A stretch of DNA of 64,000 nt, from contig DAIPBO010000015.1 of NCBI GenBank assembly GCA_036774405.1, positions 4,497 to 68,496 on the forward strand. Direction: 5' to 3'. The stretch is from Chloroflexota bacterium. Its GTDB lineage: Bacteria; Chloroflexota; Anaerolineae; UBA1429. Under the pieces are notes generated by a model. That model saw only the letters and a program-made list of their open reading frames with translations. It was not told the origin of the DNA and did no database searches. The position numbers and the translations under genes were made by a program. Positions 1-9,153 of the stretch are shown piece by piece. Position 1 is the first letter of the stretch. Each line of letters opens with the position of its first letter.

Positions 1-844
1 AGGGGGTGCTGTCACGCGGTTCTGCGAACATATGCGGGTAGTCCGCCAGTTGTGCGTCGAGTGCCGCCGCGGCTTCTTGCGGCGCCGCAACGCCGCGCAC
101 AAGTGCATCAAAAAGGTCATCCATGGTCTCGGGCCCGAGCCAGAGATCGAGAGGTTCGGCACCCTCTCTGGCTGCTGCGACAGCCGCTGTCAGCATGTCG
201 ATGGTGGGGCGGTAGCAAAGCGACTGCCCGCTGGCGTGGGTTACATCGACGGTCAGATAAAAGGGCACCCCTGCCGCGCGGTAGATGCGCCGCAGCAGTT
301 CGGTCGAACCGGCGATGGTCCAGGGGGGCAGGTGTGGGCTGCGCATTTGCTCGAGGCCCAAAAACCCCGCGCCCACCTCAACGCCATAGCGGGCCAGGGA
401 GGCCAGGTCATTCACCAGAGAGGCCTCGAGCTCTGCGTAGCGCGCTGGGTCGGCCAGCACCGGCTGCGAAATGGCATGACAGTAGAAGCCCATGCCGGCC
501 CCCAACTCGGCGGCGATGCGGGTCATCGGCTTGAGCCAGTCATCGCGAAAGTGGGCTCGTACGCGCGCATCGGTGTGGGTGAGCCCCAGGGTGACGTAGG
601 TGCCATGGCCAGAGTAGAGGTTGACCACACGCACCGCGTGTCTCTCTTCGGCCTCTCGCACCGCCGTAAGCCAATCGGTCATGGCGTCTGCTGGCAGGTG
701 AAAGGGGTCGCAGTCGTTATCGGCGCTAGCTTCGACGCAGTTCAGACCCAGGTCATGGATGATGCGCGCCCAGTCGTCAGGGGCGACCCAGCGCTTGGAC
801 GCAAAGCAGTTGTCGATGGCGAGATAGATCCGTGGTGAGGTCAT
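1..844 (-). CDS. Sugar phosphate isomerase/epimerase-like TIM-barrel protein (3' end runs off window)
   Basis: Not in the ORF track. Manual translation from ATG at 844 (RBS GAGGAG) gives MTSPRIYLAIDNCFASKRWVAPDDWARIIHDLGLNCVEASAD...GLEQM...LTVDVTH, open to the window edge. The pattern resembles the xylose-isomerase-like/AP endonuclease 2 fold. Confidence 0.6.
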   Translation of the reverse strand, partial: MTSPRIYLAIDNCFASKRWVAPDDWARIIHDLGLNCVEASADNDCDPFHLPADAMTDWLTAVREAEERHAVRVVNLYSGHGTYVTLGLTHTDARVRAHFRDDWLKPMTRIAAELGAGMGFYCHAISQPVLADPARYAELEASLVNDLASLARYGVEVGAGFLGLEQMRSPHLPPWTIAGSTELLRRIYRAAGVPFYLTVDVTHASGQSLCYRPTIDMLTAAVAAAREGAEPLDLWLGPETMDDLFDALVRGVAAPQEAAAALDAQLADYPHMFAEPRDSTP

Positions 845-915
845 CGCTGCTCCTCGTCTACGAGCGTCACTGGCCGGAACATAACACCCCCGCCGGCCGC
901 CTGTCAAGGCGACGC

Positions 916-944
916 TTGACACCAGGGCCCGCCCGCGGTATGAT
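916..944 (+). promoter_or_regulatory. Sigma70-type promoter of SRP RNA
   Basis: TTGACA (916-921), 17 bp spacer, TATGAT (939-944), 6 nt before the SRP RNA 5' end. Confidence 0.78.
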
Positions 945-950
945 CGTTTG

Positions 951-1218
951 CGGTCGTGCTAGACGGGGAGCTAGCGGTGCCCTGTACCCGTAACCCGCTA
1001 TAACGGGGTTGAACTCCCTCTCTCGGCGCGGTGAGCTGGTTGTGTACAGACGCGTGCTGCGTTGATGGTTGGGTCCTGCGCGGCGCAGGCCTGTGAACCC
1101 CGTCAGGTCCGGGAGGAAGCAGCGGTAAGCAGACCCCTGTGGGTGACGTAGGGGCGCCTGGCCAGAGCAAGCTGGTCACCACAACTAGATGTCTGCGACA
1201 ACAGAGGGTGCACGACCG
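951..1218 (+). ncRNA. ffs: Large bacterial SRP RNA (scRNA type with Alu domain)
   Basis: 5' CGGTCGTGC pairs with 3' GCACGACCG. The Alu-type 5' part GGGGAGCTAGCGGTGCCCTGTACC resembles Bacillus scRNA. Helix 8 core is GTCAGGTCCGGGAGGAAGCAGC. Length about 268 nt. Confidence 0.93.
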
Positions 1219-1228
1219 TTGAGTGGAC

Positions 1229-1257
1229 AGAGGCGGGCTGCCCTGCCTCTTTTTTTA
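1229..1257 (+). terminator. Rho-independent terminator after SRP RNA
   Basis: AGAGGCGGG-CTG-CCCTGCCTCT stem followed by a T7 run. Confidence 0.8.
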
Positions 1258-1268
1258 TTGGTGGTGGT

Positions 1269-2492
1269 GTGAAGCGTATCATAGTGATCGGTGGGGGAGC
1301 GGCCGGCTTGATGGCCGCCAGCGCCGCTGCCTCAGCTGGGGCGTCGGTGCTGTTGATCGAAGGAACCAGCCGGCTGGCCAACAAACTGCGGCTGACAGGC
1401 GGTGGGCACGCAAACCTGAGCCACGAAGGCGATCTGTCGGCGCATTTGGCGCACGTGCCCCGAAACCCCGCTTTCGCACAGCCAGCCTTAGCCGCCCTGG
1501 ATGCCGCCTCACTGCGGGCGGCCCTGGCCGCCTGGGGGCTGCCCACCGTGGCCGATGAGCAAGGGCGGGTCTTTCCGGCCACACGCAATGCCCATCAGGT
1601 GGCCGCGGTGCTGCGTAACCGTTGCCTGTCACAGCAGGTGGGCTTTCGGCTGTCTTCTCCAGTAGACCAGATACTGGTGCAGCAGGAGGCTGTCACTGGC
1701 GTGAGGGTCGGCTCTCACCAGATCACAGCGGGCGCCGTGATCCTGGCCACTGGAGGGGCGTCTTATCCCGAGACCGGCTCAGATGGCAGTGGCCTGCGGC
1801 TGGCGTCTAGCCTGGGCCACAAGATCACGCCTCTGCAACCAGGGCTGGTGGGGCTCCATGTGATCTCTGAGGATACGGCGCCGCTGCGCGGCCTCTCGCT
1901 GCGCTCTGTGCCGGCCAGCATCGTGCAGCAGGGGCGCGCCCTGGGCAGTCGACGCGGCGATCTGCTCTTTACTCAAGACGGCCTATCTGGGCCGGTAGTG
2001 CATAACCTATCGCTGTTGCTCGAGCCAGCGCCGTGCCATGCCCAGCTTCACCTGCACCTCCTGGCGCTGCAGGGCTTTGACAGCGAGCAGGCGCGGCAGG
2101 TGGCGGCGGGCGCTGCTCAAAAGGCGTGGCACTCCCTGCTCTTGCCCAACGTACCCTCGCGACTGCAGCGGTATGTGGCCGAGCGGTTGGGTGTTAGTTT
2201 GGGCGCACCGTGGCGCTCGCTCGGCGCCGCGATGCAGGCGCGCATGCTGGCCCTGACCGAAGCGCTCCCCTTTGAGGTGAACGTGGTCGCACCGCTTGAG
2301 CGCGCCATGGTGACACTGGGTGGCGTAGATGTCACTCAGGTAGACCGCAACACAATGGCATCTCTGCTGGTGCGTGGCCTCTACCTGGCTGGCGAGGTGC
2401 TCGACGTCACGGGCGAATCGGGTGGCTATAATCTGCAGCTGGCGTTTTCAACCGGCTATCTGGCCGGCCAGAGCGCGGTGGCGACGCTGTGA
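1269..2492 (+). CDS. HI0933/YhiN (BaiN-like) NAD(P)/FAD-dependent oxidoreductase
   Basis: VIGGGAAGL dinucleotide motif, KLRLTGGGHANL, ATGGASYPETGSDGSG, VTLGGV, GEVLDVTGESGGYNLQLAFSTG. Confidence 0.9.
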   Translation: MKRIIVIGGGAAGLMAASAAASAGASVLLIEGTSRLANKLRLTGGGHANLSHEGDLSAHLAHVPRNPAFAQPALAALDAASLRAALAAWGLPTVADEQGRVFPATRNAHQVAAVLRNRCLSQQVGFRLSSPVDQILVQQEAVTGVRVGSHQITAGAVILATGGASYPETGSDGSGLRLASSLGHKITPLQPGLVGLHVISEDTAPLRGLSLRSVPASIVQQGRALGSRRGDLLFTQDGLSGPVVHNLSLLLEPAPCHAQLHLHLLALQGFDSEQARQVAAGAAQKAWHSLLLPNVPSRLQRYVAERLGVSLGAPWRSLGAAMQARMLALTEALPFEVNVVAPLERAMVTLGGVDVTQVDRNTMASLLVRGLYLAGEVLDVTGESGGYNLQLAFSTGYLAGQSAVATL

Positions 2493-4003
2493 GCCCATCA
2501 CCTGACCGCCCCGACTGGCGTGCGTGGACGTTCGCGCTGCTGGCGCTGCTGGCCTCAGCCTGGAAGCTGGTGGTGCTGGCGGGAGTGGCGGCCAGCCTGG
2601 TAGCCCTGGGCATGCTCTATGCCGCGTCGGGCCGCACGGTGCAGGTGCGGCTAGATGGGCACACCTATGCCTGGCGCACGCATCGCTCGTCGCCCGAAGC
2701 TGTGCTGGCCGAGTTGCCCTTGACTGTGCGCGAGGCGGATCGCATTGTTCTGCCCAGCGCAGAGGGTCTGCTGGCAGGGCAGCCGATGATTCTGGACCTG
2801 GCTCGGCGTGTCCGCATCCGCCACGATGGTACAGTGACGGTGGTCGACACTCAGGCCGAGACGATGGGCGAGATACTGACCGAGGCGGGCATCGTCCTCA
2901 GCGCCCAAGACTGCATCTTGGTGGATGACCGCTGTGCCTCAAGCGAGCAGCCGTTGCCTGTGCAGCCAGCCAAAGACGGACTCGCTGAGGCTATCACTGC
3001 CTGGCGAGGCCCGTTTGACGTCAGTTTGCGCCGTGCACGGCAGATTACCGTCGTTGATGGCGCCCAGGCTACAGGGCCGTACACAACTGCGGCCACCGTG
3101 GGTGAGGCGTTGGCCGAACTGGGCGTGAGGCTGTACGAGGGAGATCTCGTTTACCCAGACCTTGGCAGTGGCATCGCTCAAGGCACGCGTATCACCATTG
3201 CCCGTTCGCTTCCGGTGGTGCTCGAGGCCGATGGTGTTGCGCAGTTGATGCGCACCCGTGCGAATACGGTGGCAGAGCTGCTCGTCGAGGCTGGCGTGCA
3301 GTTGGCGGGTGAGGACTATGCTGACCCTTTGCCCGAGGCGCGCCTGATCAGCGACATGCGTGTTCAGGTGGTGCGCGTGTATGACGAGTACTATGTCGAA
3401 GAAGTCCCCGTGCCCTACGAGACACGCTGGGAGCCCAACAACGAGCTCGAGATCGACCAACAGCAGATTGTGCAGTGGGGCAGCGAGGGCGCACGGCGCC
3501 GCCAGGTGCGCGTGCACTATGAGAATGGTCAGGAGGCTCATCGTTCCGAAGAGGATGAGTGGATCGCTCGCGAGCCCACCGATCGCATCATCGAGTATGG
3601 CACCGGCATCGTGCTGCGCGAGGTGGAGACGCCGAATGGCACGCTGACCTACTGGCGCAAGATCCGCATGCTGGCCACCTCGTATAGCGCGGCTACCGCT
3701 GGCGTGCCGCGTAGCGCGTCATACTATGGGCGCACACGCCTGGGCTGGGAGGCTCGCTTTGGCATTGTCGCCGTGGACCCGCGTGTGGTCAGGCTCGAAT
3801 CAAACCTGTATGTTCCTGGCTACGGCGCGGCTGTGGCTGGTGACACGGGTGGCGGCATCATCGGGCGGCGCGTTGATCTGTGCTATGATGACCACAACCT
3901 GGTAGACTGGTACAAGTGGATCGACGTGTATCTGCTGGCCCCCGCGCCGCCCGCCAGCCAGATCAACTGGATTCTGCCCAACACCCCGCGGGAGCGCGAA
4001 TGA
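2489..4003 (+). CDS. Membrane-anchored ubiquitin-like (DUF348) + G5 + 3D domain cell-wall protein (YabE-like)
   Basis: N-terminal TM helix; repeated TV.E.L..AG units; G5-like segment (VPYETRWE...VQWGSEG); 3D motif IVAVDPRV...AGDTGG...RVDLCY; lies upstream of rsmA as yabE does in Firmicutes. Confidence 0.88.
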   Translation: MSPSPDRPDWRAWTFALLALLASAWKLVVLAGVAASLVALGMLYAASGRTVQVRLDGHTYAWRTHRSSPEAVLAELPLTVREADRIVLPSAEGLLAGQPMILDLARRVRIRHDGTVTVVDTQAETMGEILTEAGIVLSAQDCILVDDRCASSEQPLPVQPAKDGLAEAITAWRGPFDVSLRRARQITVVDGAQATGPYTTAATVGEALAELGVRLYEGDLVYPDLGSGIAQGTRITIARSLPVVLEADGVAQLMRTRANTVAELLVEAGVQLAGEDYADPLPEARLISDMRVQVVRVYDEYYVEEVPVPYETRWEPNNELEIDQQQIVQWGSEGARRRQVRVHYENGQEAHRSEEDEWIAREPTDRIIEYGTGIVLREVETPNGTLTYWRKIRMLATSYSAATAGVPRSASYYGRTRLGWEARFGIVAVDPRVVRLESNLYVPGYGAAVAGDTGGGIIGRRVDLCYDDHNLVDWYKWIDVYLLAPAPPASQINWILPNTPRERE

Positions 4004-4848
4004 TGGATGACGTCAGAGGTCTGTTAGCCCGCTATGGCCTGGCGCCGTCCAAAGGGCTGGGCCAGAACCTGCTCATCAGCCCTGCGGTGTATACGCGCAT
4101 TGTCGAGGCGGCCGAGCTCTCACCGAGCGATGTCGTGCTCGAGATCGGCCCTGGCCTGGGCACGCTGACTCGCAGGTTGGCGGCCCGTGCGGGCGTGGTG
4201 GCTGCCATCGAGCTGGACCGCAAGATGGTGGCGGTGCTCGAGCAAGAGCTGGCCGGCGTAGACAACGTACACATCATTGCGGGTGACGCCCTCGAGCTTG
4301 ACCCTGCAGAGACGCTGCGGTGCGTGGGCGCAGACCTGTCGGGTGGCTACAAGGTTGTGGCCAACCTGCCGTACTATATTACCTCTCGCGCGTTGCGGCA
4401 CCTGTTGGCTGAGAGTGATCGCCCCCGTTTGCTGGTGCTGATGGTGCAACGCGAAGTGGCCGACCGCCTGCGTGCCGGCCCAGGGGAGCATAGTCTGCTA
4501 TCTTTGAGCGTACAGGCGTTTGGCAGTGTTGAACAGGTGTGCCGCGTGCCGGCGAGCGCCTTTTATCCGGCGCCCAAGGTGGCATCGGCAGTGGTGCGCA
4601 TTGCCGTCGACGAGCGCCCCGCTATCGATAGTGCACTGCAGCCCGCCTACTTTCGGGTGCTACGAGCGGGCTTTGGGCAAAAGCGCAAGCAGCTACACAA
4701 TAGCCTGAGTGCCAACCTCGCGCTACCGTCTGGCCGCGCCCACCAGCTGCTGGTGCAGGCGGGCATTCCACCAACAGCGCGTCCCCAGTCACTGTCGCTC
4801 GAGCAGTGGCGCGCGCTTGCCCGGGCGTTTGTCGACGAAGCCCGCTAA
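4000..4848 (+). CDS. rsmA: 16S rRNA m6,2A dimethyltransferase
   Basis: KGLGQNLL, VLEIGPGLGTLT, AIELD, VANLPYYIT, F.PAPKVAS; ATGA overlap with the upstream gene. Confidence 0.95.
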   Translation: MMDDVRGLLARYGLAPSKGLGQNLLISPAVYTRIVEAAELSPSDVVLEIGPGLGTLTRRLAARAGVVAAIELDRKMVAVLEQELAGVDNVHIIAGDALELDPAETLRCVGADLSGGYKVVANLPYYITSRALRHLLAESDRPRLLVLMVQREVADRLRAGPGEHSLLSLSVQAFGSVEQVCRVPASAFYPAPKVASAVVRIAVDERPAIDSALQPAYFRVLRAGFGQKRKQLHNSLSANLALPSGRAHQLLVQAGIPPTARPQSLSLEQWRALARAFVDEAR

Positions 4849-4852
4849 CACT

Positions 4853-4881
4853 TTGGCGAACAACTGACGCTATGTTATCCT
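4853..4881 (+). promoter_or_regulatory. Putative promoter for topoisomerase IB gene
   Basis: TTGGCG, 17 bp spacer, TG-T-TATCCT (extended -10). Confidence 0.5.
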
Positions 4882-4947
4882 ATTCACTTGGCGGTGCTCT
4901 CATGCGGGCGCCGTGCCCTGGCGAATCGTTCTCTGGAGTTGCACGCT

Positions 4948-7149
4948 TTGCTAGACCAGCTTGTACATAACGGTGTTGTGGTGCCCCCAAAAGAGCCGTG
5001 GCGCAGGCTCTCTATCTCTGCTCGCGGGCAGCGCATCGCACTGACGCCACATCAGGAAGAGATGGGGCTCGCTTTTGCGCGCAAGAGCGGCACGCCCTAT
5101 GTCGAGGATCACGTATTCATTGAGAACTTTATGCGCGACTGGAGCGACGATCTGGGCATTTCGCCTCCACTCAAGCTGGACGAGATCGATCTGTCCGAGT
5201 TGCAGGCCGTAGTTGCTGGTGAGCGCGCTGCCAAAGAGGCGCTCACGCCAGAGGAGCGCAAAGCGCTGGCAGCTGCGCGCAAAGCAGAGCGCGAAGCTGC
5301 CAAGGCGCGCTATGGCTATGCGATTGTCAATGGGCAGCGTGTCGAGCTGGGAACCTACATGGTCGAGCCGAGTGGCATCTTCATGGGCCGAGGGCAGCAC
5401 CCTCTTCGCGGTCGCTGGAAAGAGGGCGCGGCGGTGAGCGACATCACCCTCAACTATGGCCCCAACCCTGAAGAGATGCAGGGGGGCTGGGCCGAGGTGG
5501 TATGGCAGCCCGATTCGCTGTGGGTGGCCCGCTGGAAAGACAAGCTCACTGGCAAACTAAAGTATATCTGGCTCAGCGACACCGCGCCTATCAAGCAGGA
5601 GCGCGAAGAGCAAAAGTTCGACAACGCCTTGACGCTCGCCGCCGAGATCAAAGCGGTGCGCCGCCATATCCGCAAGGGCCTCGACAGCGACGATGCCAGG
5701 ACTCGGCAGATTGCCACGGCCACCTACCTGATCGACGCCCTGTGCCTGCGTGTGGGCGACGAGAAGGATTCAGACGAGGCCGACACCGTTGGCGCCACCA
5801 CGCTGCGGCGTGAGCATCTGACCTTTCACGACGACGGCTCTCTCGAGTTCCGCTTCCTGGGCAAAGACTCGGTGGCATGGCACAAGATGCTCAAGCCGGA
5901 CAAGCGGGCGTTACGCAATCTTCGCGCGCTGGCGGGTGCCGATGGCGATAGCGGCGGAGCGGCCGATGGCTCACAGCAGCTCTTTCCAGATGTGACCAGC
6001 GGCCACGTGAACACATTCCTCTCCGAGGTGATCCCAGGGCTATCGGCCAAGGTGTTCAGAACACACCACGCTACGCAGGCCGTGCGCCAGAGCCTGGAAA
6101 AGTCAGGCGTCACAAAGCCCGACCCCGACTATGCCAAGTGGCGGGCAGCCAGCCTGGCCAACCTGGCGGCGGCTGAGCTGTGCAATCACACCAAGCAAGT
6201 CAGTGGCAGTTGGCAGAACACGGCCAAGCGCTATGAACAGCGCATCGCTCGTGGCAAAGAGCGTGTGGCTCGCGCCCAGGCTCGCGTCGCAGAGCAGCGT
6301 GAGCGCCTGACGACTTTGCAGGCCGAGGCCAGCGCACGGCAAGAGGAGGCCGGTTCACTCGAGGCGGCGCAAAAGGTCGTGGCGCGCTATACCAAGCGCA
6401 TCGCTGCGGCGCAAAAGCGCATCGAGACCGCCGAAGGCTCAGCCCAGCGGGCGCAAGATGCCCTGGGTAAGGTGCGCGCCCAATTCGAGATCGCCCGACA
6501 GAAGCGCACCTGGAACACCAGCACCAGCCTCAAGTCATACATCGACCCACGTATCTACCATCGCTGGGGCGAGGCTGTGGGCTATGATGTGCTGTCTAGC
6601 TACTATCCCAGTACCTTGCAGCGCAAGTTTGCCTGGGTGCGCGGCTCAGATGAGGCCGATGACGGCCAGGCTGAGGTAGCGTTGACCATCCGGCCCTGTC
6701 TGCCTGGGGATCTGGTGGCTGTGGCGGCCTTTTTCGAGCGCGTTAGCGACGAGTACGCCGATCTGGCGTTGCCCACACAGCCAGCCGATGTGGCCAGGCG
6801 CTTTATGCCGCGCCTCAACGATGCCTGGCGTGCAACGCGCATCGTCCTTGGAGAGGAGCGCGAGGTGCTGGGCTTTATCGCCGTAGGGCCGCCGTCTCAG
6901 GACGTCCCCCGCCGCCTGGACATCTTTATCGTGCTCGATGTGGACGTGCGCCCGCATGGCCTGGCCTATCGCGTCGCCAGCGAGGTCGAAGCGTGCATCG
7001 AGGCCTATGATGTGCAGCACCCGAGGCAGCGGCGCGACCCCGAGACGGCGCTTTGGCCGCAAGACCGCGCCTGGCTCGCCTATGCTCCGGAGCTTGAGCA
7101 GGCCTTGGCGCTGAGTGAGCGCCCGCAGGAAGACGCTGACGAGGACTAG
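4948..7149 (+). CDS. DNA topoisomerase IB, long archaeal/eukaryote-type, with C-terminal GNAT-like domain
   Basis: LVHNGVVVP, YMVEPSGIFMGRGQHPLRGRWK, LCLRVGDEK (R), FLGKDS (K), SAKVFRT (R), LCNH (H), coiled-coil linker, TSLKSYIDPR (Tyr codon 6538-6540). Probable TTG start at 4948, 9 nt after GGAG. Confidence 0.93.
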   Translation: MLDQLVHNGVVVPPKEPWRRLSISARGQRIALTPHQEEMGLAFARKSGTPYVEDHVFIENFMRDWSDDLGISPPLKLDEIDLSELQAVVAGERAAKEALTPEERKALAAARKAEREAAKARYGYAIVNGQRVELGTYMVEPSGIFMGRGQHPLRGRWKEGAAVSDITLNYGPNPEEMQGGWAEVVWQPDSLWVARWKDKLTGKLKYIWLSDTAPIKQEREEQKFDNALTLAAEIKAVRRHIRKGLDSDDARTRQIATATYLIDALCLRVGDEKDSDEADTVGATTLRREHLTFHDDGSLEFRFLGKDSVAWHKMLKPDKRALRNLRALAGADGDSGGAADGSQQLFPDVTSGHVNTFLSEVIPGLSAKVFRTHHATQAVRQSLEKSGVTKPDPDYAKWRAASLANLAAAELCNHTKQVSGSWQNTAKRYEQRIARGKERVARAQARVAEQRERLTTLQAEASARQEEAGSLEAAQKVVARYTKRIAAAQKRIETAEGSAQRAQDALGKVRAQFEIARQKRTWNTSTSLKSYIDPRIYHRWGEAVGYDVLSSYYPSTLQRKFAWVRGSDEADDGQAEVALTIRPCLPGDLVAVAAFFERVSDEYADLALPTQPADVARRFMPRLNDAWRATRIVLGEEREVLGFIAVGPPSQDVPRRLDIFIVLDVDVRPHGLAYRVASEVEACIEAYDVQHPRQRRDPETALWPQDRAWLAYAPELEQALALSERPQEDADED

Positions 7150-7964
7150 ACGCCGGCAGCGATGCGTCGCAAGAGCTCGTCGATCGGGCGAAGGTCAGCG
7201 ACGATGTAGTGGGCGCCAGCGGCGATGAGACGCTCGCGCTTCCAGGGGTCCAGCTGCCCCGGATGCGCTTCGTCGCTTGCCACCCCCACAGCGATGCCCC
7301 CGGCAGATCGGGTGTTCTCGATCTCGACATAACCATCGCCAAAGGTGACGAGCGAGAGAGGCGCCACCTGATGGCTGCGCAGAATATCGGCGATGACGCG
7401 AGCCTTGGAGTAGTTGCGCCAGTCGGCGATGGCACCATGGATGGCCACAAAGGCGTCGGCCACGCCCAGCAACCTGGCCTCGCGGCGAACGTCGTCCACG
7501 TCGGTGCCACTGGCGAGGTAACAGGTGAGCCCAGCGGCCCGCAACGTGGCCAGCGCAGAGCGTGCGCCCGGCAGCAGGTAACGCTCGGCGGGCTCGTGGC
7601 CGTTCTCCACGGCCTCCAGGCGTGCGGTGATGTGCGCCAGCAGCCGCTCTTGATAGATCGCCTTGTAGGCTTCGGGCGTTGCGGCGCTGCCGCCGCGCTG
7701 GGCGACAGCCCCAGCCAGCCAGATCATCTGGTGGATGGTTTGGATGCCAGTCGAGGCCGCGATATAGTCGTTGACGGTATGCTGCAGGTTCGCCGCGGGC
7801 TCGGCGTTGGGGCACGCAGATAGCGTCTCGATCATCAAAGGCGCCATGACCGTTTGCCAGCCCTGGCGCAACAGCGACAGCGTGCCATCGAAATCGAAAA
7901 GGGCATAGCGCAACTGGGTGCCGCGTGGCGGCGCTGAGACGGTTTCTATCATTGTAGACGACAT
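7146..7964 (-). CDS. HAD-family hydrolase
   Basis: Motif I LFDFDGT, motif II LASGT, motif III K, motif IV TFGDGYVE; start estimated. Confidence 0.8.
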   Translation of the reverse strand: MSSTMIETVSAPPRGTQLRYALFDFDGTLSLLRQGWQTVMAPLMIETLSACPNAEPAANLQHTVNDYIAASTGIQTIHQMIWLAGAVAQRGGSAATPEAYKAIYQERLLAHITARLEAVENGHEPAERYLLPGARSALATLRAAGLTCYLASGTDVDDVRREARLLGVADAFVAIHGAIADWRNYSKARVIADILRSHQVAPLSLVTFGDGYVEIENTRSAGGIAVGVASDEAHPGQLDPWKRERLIAAGAHYIVADLRPIDELLRRIAAGV

Positions 7965-8069
7965 AGGGCCTCGCCCGGTACATGATGGACCGATGCTACC
8001 TGCGTCGGTGCGCCAGGTCAACTGAGACCAATGGCCCTGGCAGCCCTGTTTTGGCGTCATTTTGCACTG

Positions 8070-8078
8070 TGCTATAAT
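8070..8078 (+). promoter_or_regulatory. Extended -10 promoter for rplS-rnhB operon
   Basis: TG-C-TATAAT about 35 nt upstream of the rplS ATG. Confidence 0.55.
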
Positions 8079-8113
8079 CCTAGTTTGTGACATTTGGAAA
8101 GGTGGTGACCCGC

Positions 8114-8488
8114 ATGGTCGAAAACCAGGTGGTCGACAAACTGAGCGGTTGGAACGCAGAGCCGACGATCCCCGAACTGCGCCCCGGTGACACCGTGCGG
8201 GTGCATGTGCGCATTGTTGAGGGTGGACGCGAGCGCGTGCAGGTCTTTCAAGGCGTGGTAATGCGCATGCGCCATGGCAAAGAGTATGGCACCTTTACCG
8301 TGCGCCGCATTGCGGCCCATGGCATCGGCGTCGAGCGCACCTTTTTGCTGGCCTCGCCGCGCATCGAGCGCGTCGAAGTGGTGCGTCGCGCCAAGGTGCG
8401 TCGCGCGCAGCTCTACTTTTTGCGCAAGTACCGCGGCAAGGCCGCGCGCCTCAAGGAAGATCGCTCGGGCCTGAACTCTGGCAAGTGA
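8114..8488 (+). CDS. rplS: 50S ribosomal protein L19
   Basis: [53 protein letters not shown]. Confidence 0.97.
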   Translation: MVENQVVDKLSGWNAEPTIPELRPGDTVRVHVRIVEGGRERVQVFQGVVMRMRHGKEYGTFTVRRIAAHGIGVERTFLLASPRIERVEVVRRAKVRRAQLYFLRKYRGKAARLKEDRSGLNSGK

Positions 8489-8514
8489 GCCTCTGATCTG
8501 GTAGGAGGCGAAGG

Positions 8515-9153
8515 GTGGAGCAGATCCCCGGCCTGGCGTTCGAACGCGCTGCCTGGGAGCAGGGCCATCGCCTCATTGTGGGTATTGATGAAGCCGGCCG
8601 CGGCGCATGGGCAGGGCCCGTCGTCGCGGCCGCTGTCGTTTTACCTTCGGTCGATGACAGCCTGCTGGCGCGCCTGAGCGGTGTGCGCGACTCCAAGTTG
8701 CTGTCTGCGGCGCAGCGCGAGCGCTGTTATGGCGAGATCATGATGGTGGCCAGAGCGGTGGGCGTCGGGTCTAGCGCTGCGGACGAGATCGATAAAGTGG
8801 GTATTGTGCCTGCCACCCGTGCCGCCATGCTGCAGGCAGTGGATCAGCTCTGTATCGCGCCTGACTTTTTCCTCATCGACGCGCTTACGCTGCCTGTAGA
8901 CCGCCCGCAGCGCGGCCTCATCAAGGGCGATCGCCACTGCCTGTCCATCGCCGCTGCCTCGATCATCGCCAAGGTGACGCGAGACCGTTGGATGGTGGCT
9001 CAGTCGGCAGCCTGGCCCGCTTTTGGTATGGCCCGCAACAAGGGCTATGGCACGCCCGAGCATCGCCGCGCCCTCGATCTGCACGGCCCTACTGCCATTC
9101 ATCGCTACAGCTACGCTCCTGTGCGGCTGGCTGTCGAGGCCCGTCATGGTTAG
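8515..9153 (+). CDS. rnhB: Ribonuclease HII
   Basis: GIDEAGRGAWAGPVVAAAV, VRDSKLLS, LIDA, IKGD, SIAAASIIAKVTRD, NKGYGT. Confidence 0.95.
   Translation: MEQIPGLAFERAAWEQGHRLIVGIDEAGRGAWAGPVVAAAVVLPSVDDSLLARLSGVRDSKLLSAAQRERCYGEIMMVARAVGVGSSAADEIDKVGIVPATRAAMLQAVDQLCIAPDFFLIDALTLPVDRPQRGLIKGDRHCLSIAAASIIAKVTRDRWMVAQSAAWPAFGMARNKGYGTPEHRRALDLHGPTAIHRYSYAPVRLAVEARHG

Noticed and set aside
32-838. 268-aa plus-strand ORF in the track
   Set aside because: Antisense shadow; the real gene is the minus-strand TIM-barrel ORF with an RBS
904-1182. 92-aa minus-strand ORF
   Set aside because: Lies antisense to the SRP RNA; no coding features
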